Origin: Podarcis gaigeae
Taxonomy: Eukaryota
Reading direction: 5' to 3' (one strand)
Length of the DNA stretch: 64,000 nucleotides
Assembly: GCA_964106915.2 (NCBI GenBank)
Contig: OZ066921.1
The notes under the pieces are model-generated. The model was not told where the DNA came from. It did no database searches and worked only from the letters and a program-made list of their open reading frames with translations. Shown in pieces: positions 26,101-40,500 of this stretch. The translations under genes and the position numbers were made by a program. How positions within the stretch are numbered: position 1 is the first letter of the stretch; each line of letters opens with the position of its first letter.

Positions 26101-29100
26101 TGAGAAAAGACATTGCCCTGGTGCAAAGCTGGAATATGGAGAAGGTAATACTGCAAGCCCCAGAGTGATGCTTGCCAGTGAAATAAGAGTGTGCACAGCT
26201 AAAGCATGCCAACCGTAAAAGTGGCCTCCTGATTGGGTGGAGCTGGACAGGAAGTTAGAAGGTGGTGGGAGGAAATGGGAAGGTAAGGTTGGATAATAAT
26301 ACAAGACTGAAGAATTACATGTACAGTGGGGTGAGGCCGAGACCCCTTGGCAACCAAAGACTTCCTTTAGTAAAACCAGCCCAATAAAATAAGAAGTTGT
26401 TTTCATATGCCACCAATATAGTGCCACTTCACAGCATAACCAAAAAGAACATCCTGCTTAAATTCCTGAATTTAGAAGATTATAGAATGATAACTAACCA
26501 CTTCTTCTTCATCATATAATAGCCCCATTACACAAATATCACCCCTTTTCTTCCCTTGGCCACTGAAAGCCAAAGCCAGCTCAAACAAATACATTGCAGA
26601 GGAGGTAGCTCTGCCAATTTGTTGCTTCAAAAACAATAACAACTTTGGGTTAGTAAAGACCAACCAACTTTATTGTGGCATAAACTCTTGTGGGCTAAGC
26701 CCCATTTCACCATATAAACTTTGTGTTATCTGCCAAAGTAGGTATTGGCCCACAAAAAGTGATGGCATAACAAGTCTGTTGGTGATAAGATGCCACAAGA
26801 CTCTTTATCCATGTGAATCAAAAGCAAGGAAGGTGTCTTAGATTTGTTTCATACATATGTTGCCTCCTACTGAGAGCTGGTCTTTTGTGTGTTGCTTTGT
26901 CTCCAGTGTTATTACAGTTACTAGCCAACAGGCACACATGTCCTTCTGAGGGGGCAATAACATTGCTAGCACCTTTGCAAAGTTAAATAGAGTCCAGTAT
27001 GGTTTCTAATTGGATGTGGGGGGCATGTGTTGAGATTTCTGCATTTCAAGAGTTTGGACTAGATGACCCTCGGTGTCCCTTCCAACTCTAGAATTCTAAA
27101 ATGTTATGATTCTGTGAATTTCCCAGCTTGAAGCAACAAACACCTGCAAAACTTGCTTGACTGGAGCTAGCAATGAGAGAAAAAACAATGCCTACCATTT
27201 TCGTCACCTTTGCTTGTACTGGCCTGTGGCTCCAAGCGTTGTTCATCTTCACTTAGCCCTCCCTCAATGTGAACATGTCCCCTTTGTGTTTGTGTGTGTG
27301 CAACTCACAGCTCAGGGCCCTGGCTCCAGGGGAATGTCACCAAACCATGAGGAGCCTGCAGGTGCACTACGATGATTTCTTGGAGGATAGTCGGGATTCG
27401 GAGCTCTTCTCTGTAACAGATCGGCTGCGCCTAGAGGAGGATGTGGACTCATGCAAGGAGCACTTCCAGCAGCTTTTGCAGTCCATGGAAAATGGTAAGC
27501 TGTCTGAGCCTAGATTAGCTTTGCCAGCCTGGTGCCTCCTTCCTTCCATCAGCTCTGGGCTTGGTGAAGCCTGGCCTAGATGATTAAATATTCTATGGCC
27601 TTTTAAAGGTGTTTGTGGGAGGTGAGGTTATGGTTTGGTTTTGGTTTTAACTATTTATTTTGGCCTTCTAGCCCAGGGGTCAGCAAACTTTTTCTGGAGG
27701 GGGCTGGTCCACTGTCCCTCAGACCTTGTGGGGGGCCGGACTCATCTCCTCCCAAAGCCCCCCCCCCCGTCGATGCCCCTCTCGCCTCAGCCTTGTCGTC
27801 GGCAGCGTTGGAGTCCTCTGCCATGCGCTGCTGCCGCTTCCTTCCTCCTCAGCCGCTTCCTCCTGCTCAGCCATCTCAGCGGGAAGGAAGGGGCAGCACC
27901 CAGTTGCCGCTGACCTGGGCAGCGGAGGCAGCCTCTGCACCGCTGCTACTTCCTTCCCGCTCAGCCGCTTCCTCCCACTCGGCCGCTTAAGCAGGAAGGA
28001 AGGGGCGAGAAGGGGTGGTGCCCAGAAGCCGCACCAGCATCGCTTCCCGCCCAAAGGTATCCGCAGCTTTTAATTGGCATCCGCAGCTTTTAATTGGCTG
28101 CAGGAGCTTCTTGCACATTAACTTGCCAGCTGCACCTAGATGTAGCCATCTTCAGGTGTTTTACTTGACAGTAAAATAAACACTTGAGGGGCGCTATAGG
28201 GATGAGCAGGCTAGCTGTGCCCCTTGCAAAGTGGAGGGCACCTTCTGTACGTGGGGAGGCTCCCTACACATTTCATAACCCTGAAAATCAGGGATGTCAA
28301 ATGTGCAAGGTGTTCCCCTTGAATACAGTCCTCCAAAGCAGATTCTAAGGTTTGGTTCATGACATTGCACTGTCCACTGTAACCAGCAGTGATTCCTCCA
28401 GGGTCTCTTGCAGATGAAGGCCTTTATTTCCGAACCCTGCTATCTTCTGAGGTCCTTTCTAATGGAAGATGCAAGGGACTGGGGCTGGATCTGTGGCCTT
28501 CTGCATGCAAAACATGGAGCTTCTATTGAGCTTCCAAACAGCAATAGTATTTGACCCACATCAGAGCACATGAAACAGCTGGAGGAAGATTTCAGTTATT
28601 TTGCTTTTGTTGTACAGAGGACAAAGATGAGACTGCTTCTCGGACATACCTCTCTGAGCTGAAGAATATTCGGCTTCACCTGGAGGAGTGTGAACAGCGT
28701 CTGGTGGGCACCATCCGGACACCAAGCAGCACAAGAACGGATGGGGACGCCCTGCAGGAAAACACTTTCCGGCTTGCCGAGCAGGAGGTTGGTGTTTTAT
28801 AGTCTTTGGGGAATATTCCAGATTTTGGAGAGTATGACTGAAAAGTCCCTTCTTTGACTTGTTACATCCCCCAGCTTAGTTCTTGCCCCTGCTGACCGTT
28901 ACTGTGAAGGCAGATGTGTAGCATGAAAGGTCAGCATCTCTGCTCTTGCTCACTAACACCTGTTGGTCTCTGCAGAGATTGAAGGAAGATTTGAATCACT
29001 TGAAGGACGACATGGAGCAACTTTCTGAGAGATGCACTATTTTCCTGCACAAGTCTCCAACGGGAACCAGCACCCCACACCTTCGTTCTGAGCTTAACCT

Positions 29101-32100
29101 GCTGGTGGAAAAGATGGACCATGTTTACGGGCTCTCAACTATCTATCTGGACAAGTGAGTTCTTATAGCTGTCTTGTTATCAAGTCAAGAGAGGGAACCA
29201 GTTGTTGCTGTATGATAGGAACATACACACAGACCATTGGTCCTTCTAGCTCAGTACTGACTCTGAACCTGAAAGCTTTTACATACAGAGTGTGTGCTCT
29301 GCTGTGGTTACTCTGTAAAATGTAGAGACCTTTTGGCTGTTAGTATCCTAGTACATGAAGAGTGGTTTATGCAATCCCCTGGAATGCATTCGGTGGGACT
29401 TATTCAGTCCCCTAGAATCCAGTAATTTTTGGAGAATTCCCAGAGGAAATGACCACTGGATTCCATTTTCTCAAAGCCAGTTGCTTCAGTTGCTTCTGAC
29501 TGGAAGAGTCCAGCAACACTAGAATTCTGAGATCTATGTTGAGTTCAAGTGATGCAGATCTTAATTTTGTATGTACTTGCAGTGAAGGAGGGAGGCCAGG
29601 AGTGGCAGTCATTTTGGGAGCCCCTTAGGTTGCGATGACATCCACCCACTTGGCCAGATACAAGCATGCTGATGTGCCACCAAATAAAAGCTTATCGTAG
29701 TTTCAGGAAGTGAAGTTTCCCTTTTTTTATCTGATAGGTTAAAGACTGTGGACGTTATCATTCGTAATACCCAAGGAGCTGAGTCTTTGGTCAAAGGGTA
29801 TGAGGTTAAACTGAGCCAGGAGGAGGCTGTGCCTGCGGACCTAAGTGCCATTCAGTCTCACCGAGCCACATTACAGGTAAGCTTTTCCCTCCACCAGCTG
29901 GGTCCTCTGGGTGGGGAGATGCCTGTCTCGTGTGGCTGCAAATTCTTACTGTCCTGATGAAGCTTATTGCTGCCTGATGGTGAACAGCAAACAAAACAGC
30001 TGTGCCTTTCAGGCCATGTTGCTCCTCAGGCTGATGCTGATAGCTCTTGGCAATGAGTCTGGCTTGTGCCAAGCTGATGAACACAGCATCTTGCATCTCC
30101 TGCCCTCTAGCGTCTGCCTGCTTCAACAGATGTACTTTGGATCTCCCAGCCATTCTGTGGGTGGACAAGAAGCCATTGTGTATTGAAGAAATGTACATAC
30201 CCTCCTTGAGCCAAATAGTTTTGTTTTTTTAATCAAATACCTTTTAAGATCAGTAAATGAAGTTAGGTATTTAAACATTATTTTATTCCAGAGGCGTCTA
30301 CCCTGTGGTCCTCCATATGTTGTTGGACTCTAGCTCCCATTAACCCTAGCCAGCATGGTCGGCAGTCAGGAATCAAGAGGAGTTGCAGTCCACCAACATC
30401 TGGAGGGCCACAGATGTCCCATCCCTGTAACAATAAGCTGCAGTTAAATTTAAGGCCTGAAGGGAAAGACTTGGATTGGCAGTTATGTGAATTCAGTGAC
30501 CAGGTACTGCTAAGTGAAGCCATGGTTTAGCACAAAGGTGCAAGTTTCCAGGGAGAATGCAGCTGCTTGGCTCTTCTTCTGGTCCTGCTGCTGCTGCCGG
30601 ACTGATGTGAGTTTCACCATGGTTCGGCTTAGCATAACGTCTGAACCCAGGTTTGTGGTTTATCCCACAAGTGGTAAGTCGTAGAACAACACTTGATTAT
30701 GGATTTTGGTTGTCCAGAGTGACATAAACCATGAGCTCAGGTTTGGGTGTAATGCTAAGCCCAACTGTGGCTTAGCTTATGGCAACATGGTGGTGGCAGG
30801 ATTGAAGGAGGAGAAGAGTGATCACAATCACCTGTCCAGAGGCCCACAAGCTTGCCTGTTTTGGCTTAGCATTGTGTGTGAACTGAGTCAATGTCCTATT
30901 ATTTTTATATGCTTGGCTTTGTAATCACTCTCTAGACAGATGTGGTATTTTTACTTCTTTTTAACGTGTGTTGATTGAAATGATTATGTATTTATCATTT
31001 TAGCTATATAATAATATGCCCCGAGTTCATTGAACAAAGAGTAGTATAAAACCTTAATAAATAAATATTCACAGCACTGCGAACCTAGTGCCCTTCAGAC
31101 ATTTTGCAGAACAGTTCCACACAGCCCCAGCCAACATAGCAGTGCTGGCTGGGGCTGATGGGAGTTGCAGTCCAAACACATCTGGGGGTCACCAGGTTGG
31201 TTAAGGCTGAGCTAGAGGATGGGTTCTTGCAGCCTGCCTATTCTTTATTTCAGTCATTCTCAGTCAGCGCTTCTCTCTCTCTTTCTCCATTTTTCATGCT
31301 GCAGCAATGGATCAGTGAAGTGAACGATAAGGGCAATGTCTTTGCTATGTTGGAAGATGACTTGGCAAGAGCTAAAGTTGTGACAGACCAGCTGTACCGT
31401 CTGAAGCAGGAGCGCAGTCCGGACCTGGAGCGCTACCAGGAGAAAGGGAGCCAACTCTGGGATCGCTGGCAGAGGGTCAGCCTACAGATCGAGACTCGGT
31501 GAGAAGAACCACCTCTGGGCAACTGCTTTCTCACTGATAGGCTAATCCACACTTTTCTATTTGTTGCCCTCCAAATGTTTCAGACTGCAACTGCCAGCTA
31601 CTCCCTTTTTGTTTTCTGTACCCTGCTCTGGGATTCCTTGGGTAATAAATGATTTAAAATAAAGGAATATTAAAACAAAAGAGAGAAAATAATGCCTACC
31701 CGTACCTCGTATCTAACTGCTTTTGAGAAGGACATGAGCCAGTTCTTGCACAGGAGAACAGAGAAGGGTTCTGCTGAAGCTTTTGTTGCCGTTTCTGCAA
31801 GGCAGGAAGGGGTTAAAGAGTCTTGCAAGGAGTGAGGGTAGATCCCAGTGTTGCTGCTGTCACCAGATCAAAATATGGCTCTTGGTAAAGATTAGTTACC
31901 CAACATGGATTTGCCACTGGAATTATAGGTTGCTTTAGTGCTTGTCTAAAAGTTGTAAGTGCCAAATCTTGCAGGATTCTACCATTCCAGGTCTTTAGTA
32001 AACCATCCCAAATTGCGAGCCTCTACAGGGCAGGATCTATCCTCTTTTCTTCTCTTTTTTACTTTAGAAAATGCCATACACAGCAAAACTGTTCTTACAT

Positions 32101-34464
32101 CAAAGCAATATTGTTCATACAACTTCAGGCTCATAGTTTTATCTCACTCACATTTTCTCTTCCTCCTCTTCATCTCTTGACAGCCAATCAGAGCTAGAGA
32201 GTATTGAGGAAGTACTGAGTGATTACCGGAACTGTCATGGGGCACTAATCCAGTGGATTGAGGAGACCACAACGCAGCAGGAACTGATGAAACCTGGACA
32301 AGCGGAAGATAGCAGGGTCCTTTCAGAGCAACTCAGCCAGCAAATGGTAAGGCCCGGACAAAGCCACTGTTGCTTAAGCCATGGTCTGCTTAACAAATCA
32401 CAGGTTAACTACAAGTTATTCTACCGATGATCAAACAAATCATGGCTTGTTTCTCCAGAGTTTGTTTTGCTTTCCAGCTGCTCTTGCCTCATGTCTTTGT
32501 AGCGACCAAACAAACCATGCTTAAGGAAGGGCGCTGGGTTTGTGCGTAATGCAAAGCCATAGTTAAAATTCATAAGCTTTAGGATTCGTGGAGAACAAAG
32601 CAGTTAATAAATAGTTTATTAGTGACTGCTAGTAATAGAATCATAGAATTGGAAGGGACTACAAGTATCATCTAGTACAACCCCCTGGGATGCAGGAATC
32701 TTTCGCCCAAGAGGGGGACATGAACCCACAACCCTGGGATTAAGAGTCTCATGCTCTACTAACTGAGCTATCCCTCTGAATACCAGTTTCTGGGAATCTG
32801 TGTGGGAAGACAGCTGTTGCATTTGGGTCCTGCTTGCTGGCTTCCCAGATGCATCTGGGAAAGACTATGCTGGACTAGATGGATCTTTGACCTGATCCAA
32901 CTGGTTGTCTCTTATGGCTTTTTGAAGGAAAAGAACCATAAATTAGGAAGGCGGGGGTGTCCCTAGCTGAGTGACTGACTGATAACTGTAGGGATGTTCT
33001 TGTTGGAATAATTAACTCAGTAATTAAGTGAAGTGTGTGGGCGGTGTGATGTGAATCTGTAGGAAAGAGAACACAGAGAGAACAAACCTTCTTAGAGGGC
33101 AGATAAACCTTCCAGTTTGTCACCATGATTTTAACATTGCTTTTCTCTTGCATTTAAGGCACTGTTTGCTGAAATAGAGGCAAATCAAGCCAAACTGGAC
33201 CAGTGTCAGAAACTATCTCAGCAATACTCAGCTGCTGTCAAGGTAAAACGATTGCTGTTTTGACTGAGTCTGATGGGAATTGTATCTGGAGAGCACCAGA
33301 TTGGCAAAGGCGGATTTAGATGGTTATCTGAAATGCAAATGACCAAACCACAAGAGATATGTGGGTTCTTTAAAGTTATCCCATGAGTTCTGGGAGGATC
33401 TGATCAAAAACCTTTTCAAAACCATCATTTTCTTTTTCTTTTCTTTATTTTTTATTGTACAACTTAAGTGGTTAAAAATTGACATAATTTGCAGAACTTG
33501 CAAATATGACAGCCAAAATAAGTAATCTGGACATAAACAGACAAAGGGCGAATGGAAAGCTTTGGGGAGTATTAAAAAAAATGATGCTAAAATCAGTTTG
33601 CAAGTATAGTCGTACCTTGGTTTTCGAACAGCTTAGTTCTCGAACATTTTGGCTCCCGAACGCCACAAACCTAGAAGTGAGTGTTCCAGTTTGCGAACTA
33701 TTTTTGGAACCCAGACGTCTGACAGGGCTTCTGTGGCTTCTGATTGGGTACAGGAGCTTTGGTTTATGAACATTTTGGAACTCAAACAGACTTCTGGAAT
33801 GTATTCCATTCAACTTCTAAGGTACGACTGTAGTGGTAATTACCGTATTGGCCTGAATATAAGCCGCACTTTCCCTGCCAGATTCCGACTGTGAAAAGTT
33901 AAAGTGCAGCTTAAATTCGTGACCTTACAAAAATTGGGTTTTATATTGCTGCTGAAACAGACATACGGTGAAACGGAACAAAAAAATATTTTATTGCTGA
34001 TTTGTGAGTTTGAGACTGTTCATTTGCCGTTTATGGGTGTGAGTGCCTGTGGAATTGTAGCAATTGAATAGTGATTTGCGATTTTAGCGATTGTATGGTA
34101 ACTTGCAAGATCAAAGGCTTAAATTGGCATGGAGTTACAATTCTACCAACCGCAGCAATTTTTAGCCTGTAACCCAATTTTAAAGGAGCAGCTTATATTC
34201 GGGTATTGTCTTTTTTTCTCCCCCCTCCCACCATTTAAAAGGTGCGGCTTATTTGTGGGTGCGGCCTATATTTGGGCCAATACGGCATATGAACAGCAGT
34301 CAACTACAACAATGGTCTAGAAGAGATAAAAGTAGGGTGGATAAATAAATGGAGATGCAGCAAATTTAGGTTTATTATGAATGCCATGGAATGCTAGGTT
34401 GGGAAGTCTGTACAGAAATATTGTATGTGGGGGAAACAAGATGTGTGAACAGAAAAATGGAAAA

Positions 34465-34519
<55 letters not shown>

Positions 34520-37500
34520 GGTATACAGAGAGAACACATTGGCCTAGTTCACATGTAATGCTAAGCCGAATCATAATTTAGCAGGTGGACTCCTGGGTAG
34601 GGGGGAGAACAAAGGTCCTGTGTCCCTCTGTAGTTGTTTTGCTGCTGTGCTGTATTTTGCTAAGCCATGGTTTGGCTTAGCATGTTGTCTGAACCTGGGC
34701 TTGTGGTTTAGCTCTCTGCAGACAAACCTAGAACTTTAACTAATGTTTATCTTATGGTTTACAACTTGTGGTTTGTCCGGAGAGCTAAATCCAGTAGCCT
34801 GGTTTCAGATGACACATTAAGCCAAATCACATCTTAGCTCAGCATAGCACAGCAGCAAAACAAACATGAAGTCTCAAAGCCACTGCGATCTCTGTGGGAG
34901 GCCTCATGTTTCCTCATTCATGCTAAGCCATGGTGTGGCTTTGCGTTACATGTGAACAAGGGCATTGTGTGGCATCTTTGGTTTATTTATTACTTCTTTT
35001 TCAAGAATGCCCTTCATCCCAAGGAATCTCTCCTATACACGCCTGCTCAATTTGCTTTGGGATTCTGTTTTTCATTTTCTCCTTTATGTGGCAGTACTAA
35101 ATGTGGGGTTTGGGAACTGAAACCCCCATGTTTCCATTTTTGCATTGTCAGGACTATGAGCTGCAGCTGATGACATACCGTGCGTTTGTGGAATCTCAGC
35201 AGAAGTCCCCCGTGAAGCGCCGGCGCATGCTTTCCTCCTCTGATGCTGTCACGCAGGAGGTGAGGGGCCTGGCCGCTGCTGGCTAGTGTGTTCTCTAGGC
35301 TGAAAGTGGAGTGGGGCAGGGGAGGCGAGGGCTTGCTCAGTTTCCTGAGTAGATGGACATGTGGCACTCCTGCCTCTCCTCCTGAACCCGTGTGTAAAAG
35401 TTTCCACCCTCACTGTCTTTTCTGTCAGCCACAGAGGCTCTAAGCTCTAAGCATCAGGGTCTGGCATACGTAGACTTCTTGGAACCACGGGTTCAAATCC
35501 CTACAGGGATCGACCCAGCTCTGCCACCTGCAAGGTAAATAAAGAGCACCATGCAGTTCGCTGTGTGTGGATCTTTTGGATGAGTCCAAGGGTGCTTCCA
35601 GATGGGTGTTTGGTTATCAGATTGGTGCTTCTCATGCATGCACAGTGTTTTTGCAGCATCCCCAAGACATTGTCAGCATCAAAATGCTAGCCTGTATCCC
35701 CCTTTGCCCCCCCCCTTTTGATCTGGATTTTTTATTTAAAAAAACCCTGTTGCCAACCACCTGTTTGCAAATTAAGCCCCTGTCTGGAAGCATCCAAAGA
35801 AAAAGAGCCAGCAAGAGAAATCTCAACTGGGTGTTGCTCCATATGGAAGCCTGGGGTGCTGAGCAAGTCGCCTCTTTGAGTTTATGCACTGAATTTGTGT
35901 TGGGGGTGGCCCCAAGTGAGGTTTTTTGTTCTTTGCTTCCACCTTGATGAAACAGATTGGGGCTCTGCTTCTTAGAATCATAGAACTGTAGCGTTGGAAG
36001 GGATGCTGAGGGTCATCTAGTCCAACCCCCTGCAGTGCAGGAACCTTAAAAACCTGGCCTTTTCCCGCAGACCTCAGAGCAAATTGTTCCCTGGTAGCCT
36101 TGCACAGGACCACTTTACAAGGCTAGAATTCCTTAGCTTCAGCAGTCTTCCACACAGCCAGAGAAAGAGAGAGGGTGCCTTGGTCCTGCTGGCAGAACTG
36201 GGCTATTTCAGGATATGGCTGTCTTCCTCACCCTAACATTTTGGGGAAAGCGATATACAGGAGAGAAGCATCCAGATTTCACATCCATGTGCAAGATGGC
36301 AGAGTTCTTCTTCCAGCTAGAAACCACCCTGGGATGGCTCTCAAAGCGGCCTTTCTTCCTTGAAAAAGCAGAGAGGCTGTCTTCAGCATTTCTTCCTTCT
36401 CCCGTTCCGTATTTAACTGTTATTTTAAGATGCACACATGCTCTATCTCCAAGATTGCTGCACTTCGCTGGCTCTGTAGAAATGTCCATCAGATTGTGCA
36501 GTGAGTGGGGGCATTTCCCTGTTCTCCAGAAGGAGAAAGGCTGCATGTTCGGAGCAAAGTGGGAAGTTGGATGCTCTCTCATTCATTGGCTTTAACAACC
36601 ATGTTCTTTGTGGTGTTGTTTTTCTCTTGTGTTCTCTCTCCACCCCACCCTTCCAGTTCATGGACCTGCGCACACGCTACACAGCTCTGGTCACATTGAC
36701 CACACAGCACGTGAAGTACATCAGTGATGCTCTCCGGCGCCTGGAAGAGGAAGAAGTAAGTGGCTGCTCTGTGGTGTCTGCATCGTGAATTCATTGTGGC
36801 CCACTGGGGTTAGGCAGTGGGTTTTGTCGCATGTGATCTTGGGAGTTTTAGCCCCTTTCCTTTGAAGGCAGTCAGGGCTGCAACAATTAGAAGGGCTCTT
36901 TGGTTGGCATAGAGTCACAAAACCATCAGCTTCTTGCTAATACTTGCAGTCATTCCTTTCCCTAAACCGTATGTGAGGAGTTGTTCTTTTCTAACCATCT
37001 TTCTCCCTTGCCCTTCCTTAACCCAATATAGTTGCCATTTAGTTTTTTCCTCAAGGACCCGCCACTTCTATCTATGTATACTTTAGGCCCTTGCTTTTCA
37101 GTCCCCTGTCCAGAGATTTTCCCACTTAATCCCCCTCCCCCAAACTCCTGTGTTCACACATATCCATCTGCCTCCCCACCAACACCATATTCTTACATTG
37201 ATGTAACCTCCAACCAGGTTAACTTTCACTTCACCCACAGAATCTACACTGTGTCAGTGTTTTGTTCTTGATACATCTATCCCAAGCAAGTGAGAATGTT
37301 TGTGAGCATTCCGTGGCATAACAGCTTAGCTAATATCTAGCAAAGGCTTGCTGACATAGAGCCAGCACATTTTTTTAGCATGTTACGCCTATAAGAAGTA
37401 TTTGATTTTGTTGCATACATTTATGTGGCCATATTCCATCCCTCTCTCTCTTCTTCTTGCAGAAAGTTGTGGAGGAGGAGAAGCAAGAGCATGTGGACAA

Positions 37501-40500
37501 AGTGAAGGAACTCCTGGGCTGGGTCATGGGTTTCAAACAGAGTGCACAGTTCAAAAGTGTCCCACCAAAGGGCAAAGAGCTTGGAGATATTGAGAAGTCC
37601 ATCTTGGAGCAGCAGGTGCGTAAGGGCAGGGGATGCCTCTCACTTCCTTTGATCCTTTTCCAGTGTGTGTCAGCAATACCAGACTAAGCCTAGGTCAATC
37701 CTGCTGGGTTTATCTCTCTAGTGGGCAGTAGGACATCACCAGGTGGGTTGCTAACTCCTAGTCACTTGAAGAAGGCAGAAAACGTCTTCGTTTCCACCGG
37801 ATGTGAGCTCCTCCACTTCCTCGGGGGCTCAGTTCATTTTCTGCTTTGCTTGAAGTTGGATTTATTTTTTCATTTTTGTTCTTCTGGCCTTAAGGAACAA
37901 ACTGTTGTGTGAGTTTTTGCCTGAATAAACCTGTCTCCTTCTAGAAATAGTCACTGATTTTTGTCTCTCCCCCCCCCCCCTTCTCTCTCTGAAGCTGTTT
38001 TCTTCAGAAAGAATTATCTGCTTCAAATATTACTCCAAATGGAGGTTCATTCCTTTTACTAATTGGCTGGTTTCTTAAATCCCCAAATTAACTGACCTAT
38101 TTTGAACTTCTGATATTTTTTTTAGACAAAAGCTGATTAATTTTGATACTGGGAACTAGTGATTTATTTGGATTTACTAGTGCAGTCTGTGTTGATCTGG
38201 TGCCCTCCAGATGTTTTGGACTATAACTCCTATCTGTTCCAGCCAACATTGCTGGGAAGGCTGCATTGAGTCACTGGCCCTTGAGCTTCTTCCAGTGCTT
38301 GGACATGTGTCACTAGATCTTAGAGATGTGTCACCCTTCTTGCCCTTCTGAACATAGTACTCTCCTTCTTCTCATCAGGTTCTAAATGAGGAATTGGTTA
38401 CAAAGCAGGAGCAAGTCTCGGAAGCTATCAAAACTGCTCAGATCTTCCTTGCAAAGCATGGACACAAGTGAGTTGGGAGAACGTCAGTCAGAAAGAATTT
38501 AATTTGTTTGGTTTATTGCAGATTTAGTTGTTGCAAAGGGGGGGGGGTGGAGTCTAAGCTTGCATTTTCCCTATTTTTAAATTCACTTAACTTCTCGGAG
38601 TGTTTTATGCTGTCATCCTGAGAAAACAAAGATGGAAATTTGAAATTGATGTCCTGTAGAAACACAGGAGCTAGGGAGGAAATTTCCAGGCTGTCGCTGC
38701 TGATGGAGTGTTTTTTACCTTGACCACAGAGGTGTTAGTTTGCACCTCAATAAGGCAGCACATGCTTTGAATGTATAAGGTGCCAGGGCTGACCTCTGCA
38801 TCAGGATTCCTGGAGCCTGCCAGTTGGAGTAAGCAGTATAGGGCTAAATTGGCCACTTCCTCCACTCAATATATTGCAGGCCTGAAGCTATATTGCAACC
38901 CATAATCTCAGCAGGCATCCTTTTAGGGTTTTACAATTGCCGTGCTTATATGAAGAGATGTCTCTTATGTGCCAACCTGCAGGCTTTCTGCCCAGGAGAA
39001 GGAACACATTGTGACCCAGCTGGATGTCCTCAAGAAGACTTATGACCAGCTGTGCTCTGACTCCACAGAACAGCTCCAGCAGCTCCAAAGTCACATGGCC
39101 CAGGAGACCGCCCATAAGGTATCCCTGCTCTCTCCATCCCAGGTTCCTCCCCAGTTTGTGGTATTCATTTTTTCTTTCCCTCCCCAGGGGTGGGAGAGAG
39201 AATCTGTTCTTGGCAGCACTTGTCCCTTCATCCACAACCCTGATGGCTTTTGAAAATCCTTATTAGTCAGCTCCATCCCATTCTCTCCCATCTTCTGCAT
39301 TCTGAAGAGGTTCCTCCTTTGCTGAGTTGGTTTCTGAAGGACGAGACAAGAGAGAGTTTCATAAAATTGTTGATTTGGGCAGATGACAGACTAGGGTTGC
39401 CAGACTCCTTGCCCATGGAGGGCTCCTGTGCCTATGGAATACTCAGGTTCCTTTGCAACCATGCTAAGGTGAAGAGGAAAGCTGCTAGCTGATGCATTCT
39501 CTTAGGAAAAAATATAAAACTTTGGCCACCCCATCTTGTTTCTTCAGCAGTACTCTGAAAATGAGTGCATTCCCCATGTAATCTGGGACTGGAGATTTCC
39601 AAGAATGCCTTTCACCTATGGTGATGATGATGAATTGCATTATAAGCTTTGCAGCACTGCCGCAATAGAAGTTTTCAGCATGAATTTAAAGGCATAAATT
39701 ATAGTAGCCTAGAGTTTTGCAGACCCAGTTTAGGTGAAGAGTTCAGGTGTCAGGGGCAGGTAAGTAGGCAGGTAGCAAAGAAAAGAGAGATAGAAAGAGA
39801 GAAAGGATCAGAGGCTGTTCCAAGACCCAGTAGCTCTTTAATGGCTGGGCCAGCTCTGCTACTAACAGTTATGGTTGGGGGGGGGGAGAAGCTAAGGGAG
39901 TCAAGTGAGGTCATGGAGTAGAACAGAAAAGCCAGCAAAGGGAACCAAGAACCTGACCTAAGTATAATGCATGCTTCTAATCTGAAGCAAACAAGAGGAA
40001 AACAAATCTCTTTCTCCCCCTCCTCACCTCCCCACCCTCATGGGATGACAGTGCTGTGTTATTCCAATAATAGGATACTTCACTGCCAGAAAATATTTCA
40101 TACATTTCTTCCATGCACTTCTGAGCTCCACTTTATGCCACCCTGCCTTCTGGCAAAAATGTCTTTGAACATCTGTCCCATCTGTGTTTCTTGGTTTGTT
40201 CTTCTGAAGTCCTGCCTGGGTATACTCTGTATATTACATGTACGTAAGTGTGGTATTCATGTGTCCAATGCAATATGTATATCTGTGTGGAGTTATGTTT
40301 TGACGCTTGCTACCTCCCTGTGTCTTGAAGCACTAACGAACCTATTAAAGCAGGAAGAAAGCCCTGTTGCCCTTTTTAGTATTTGGGCTAAAGGTTGTAT
40401 GGGATGGCAGCCTTTCAGTAAATATAACCACTTCTGTCACTGAAGCATTAAAATGTTGTTTTAGATGTGTATCAGTTGCCCCCTGATCTGAAGACCATCA

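Noticed and set aside
32704-32774. Functional tRNA-Lys gene
   Set aside because: The T-arm and acceptor stem are mutated and the sequence is fused to a CR1 tail, so it is a SINE head.
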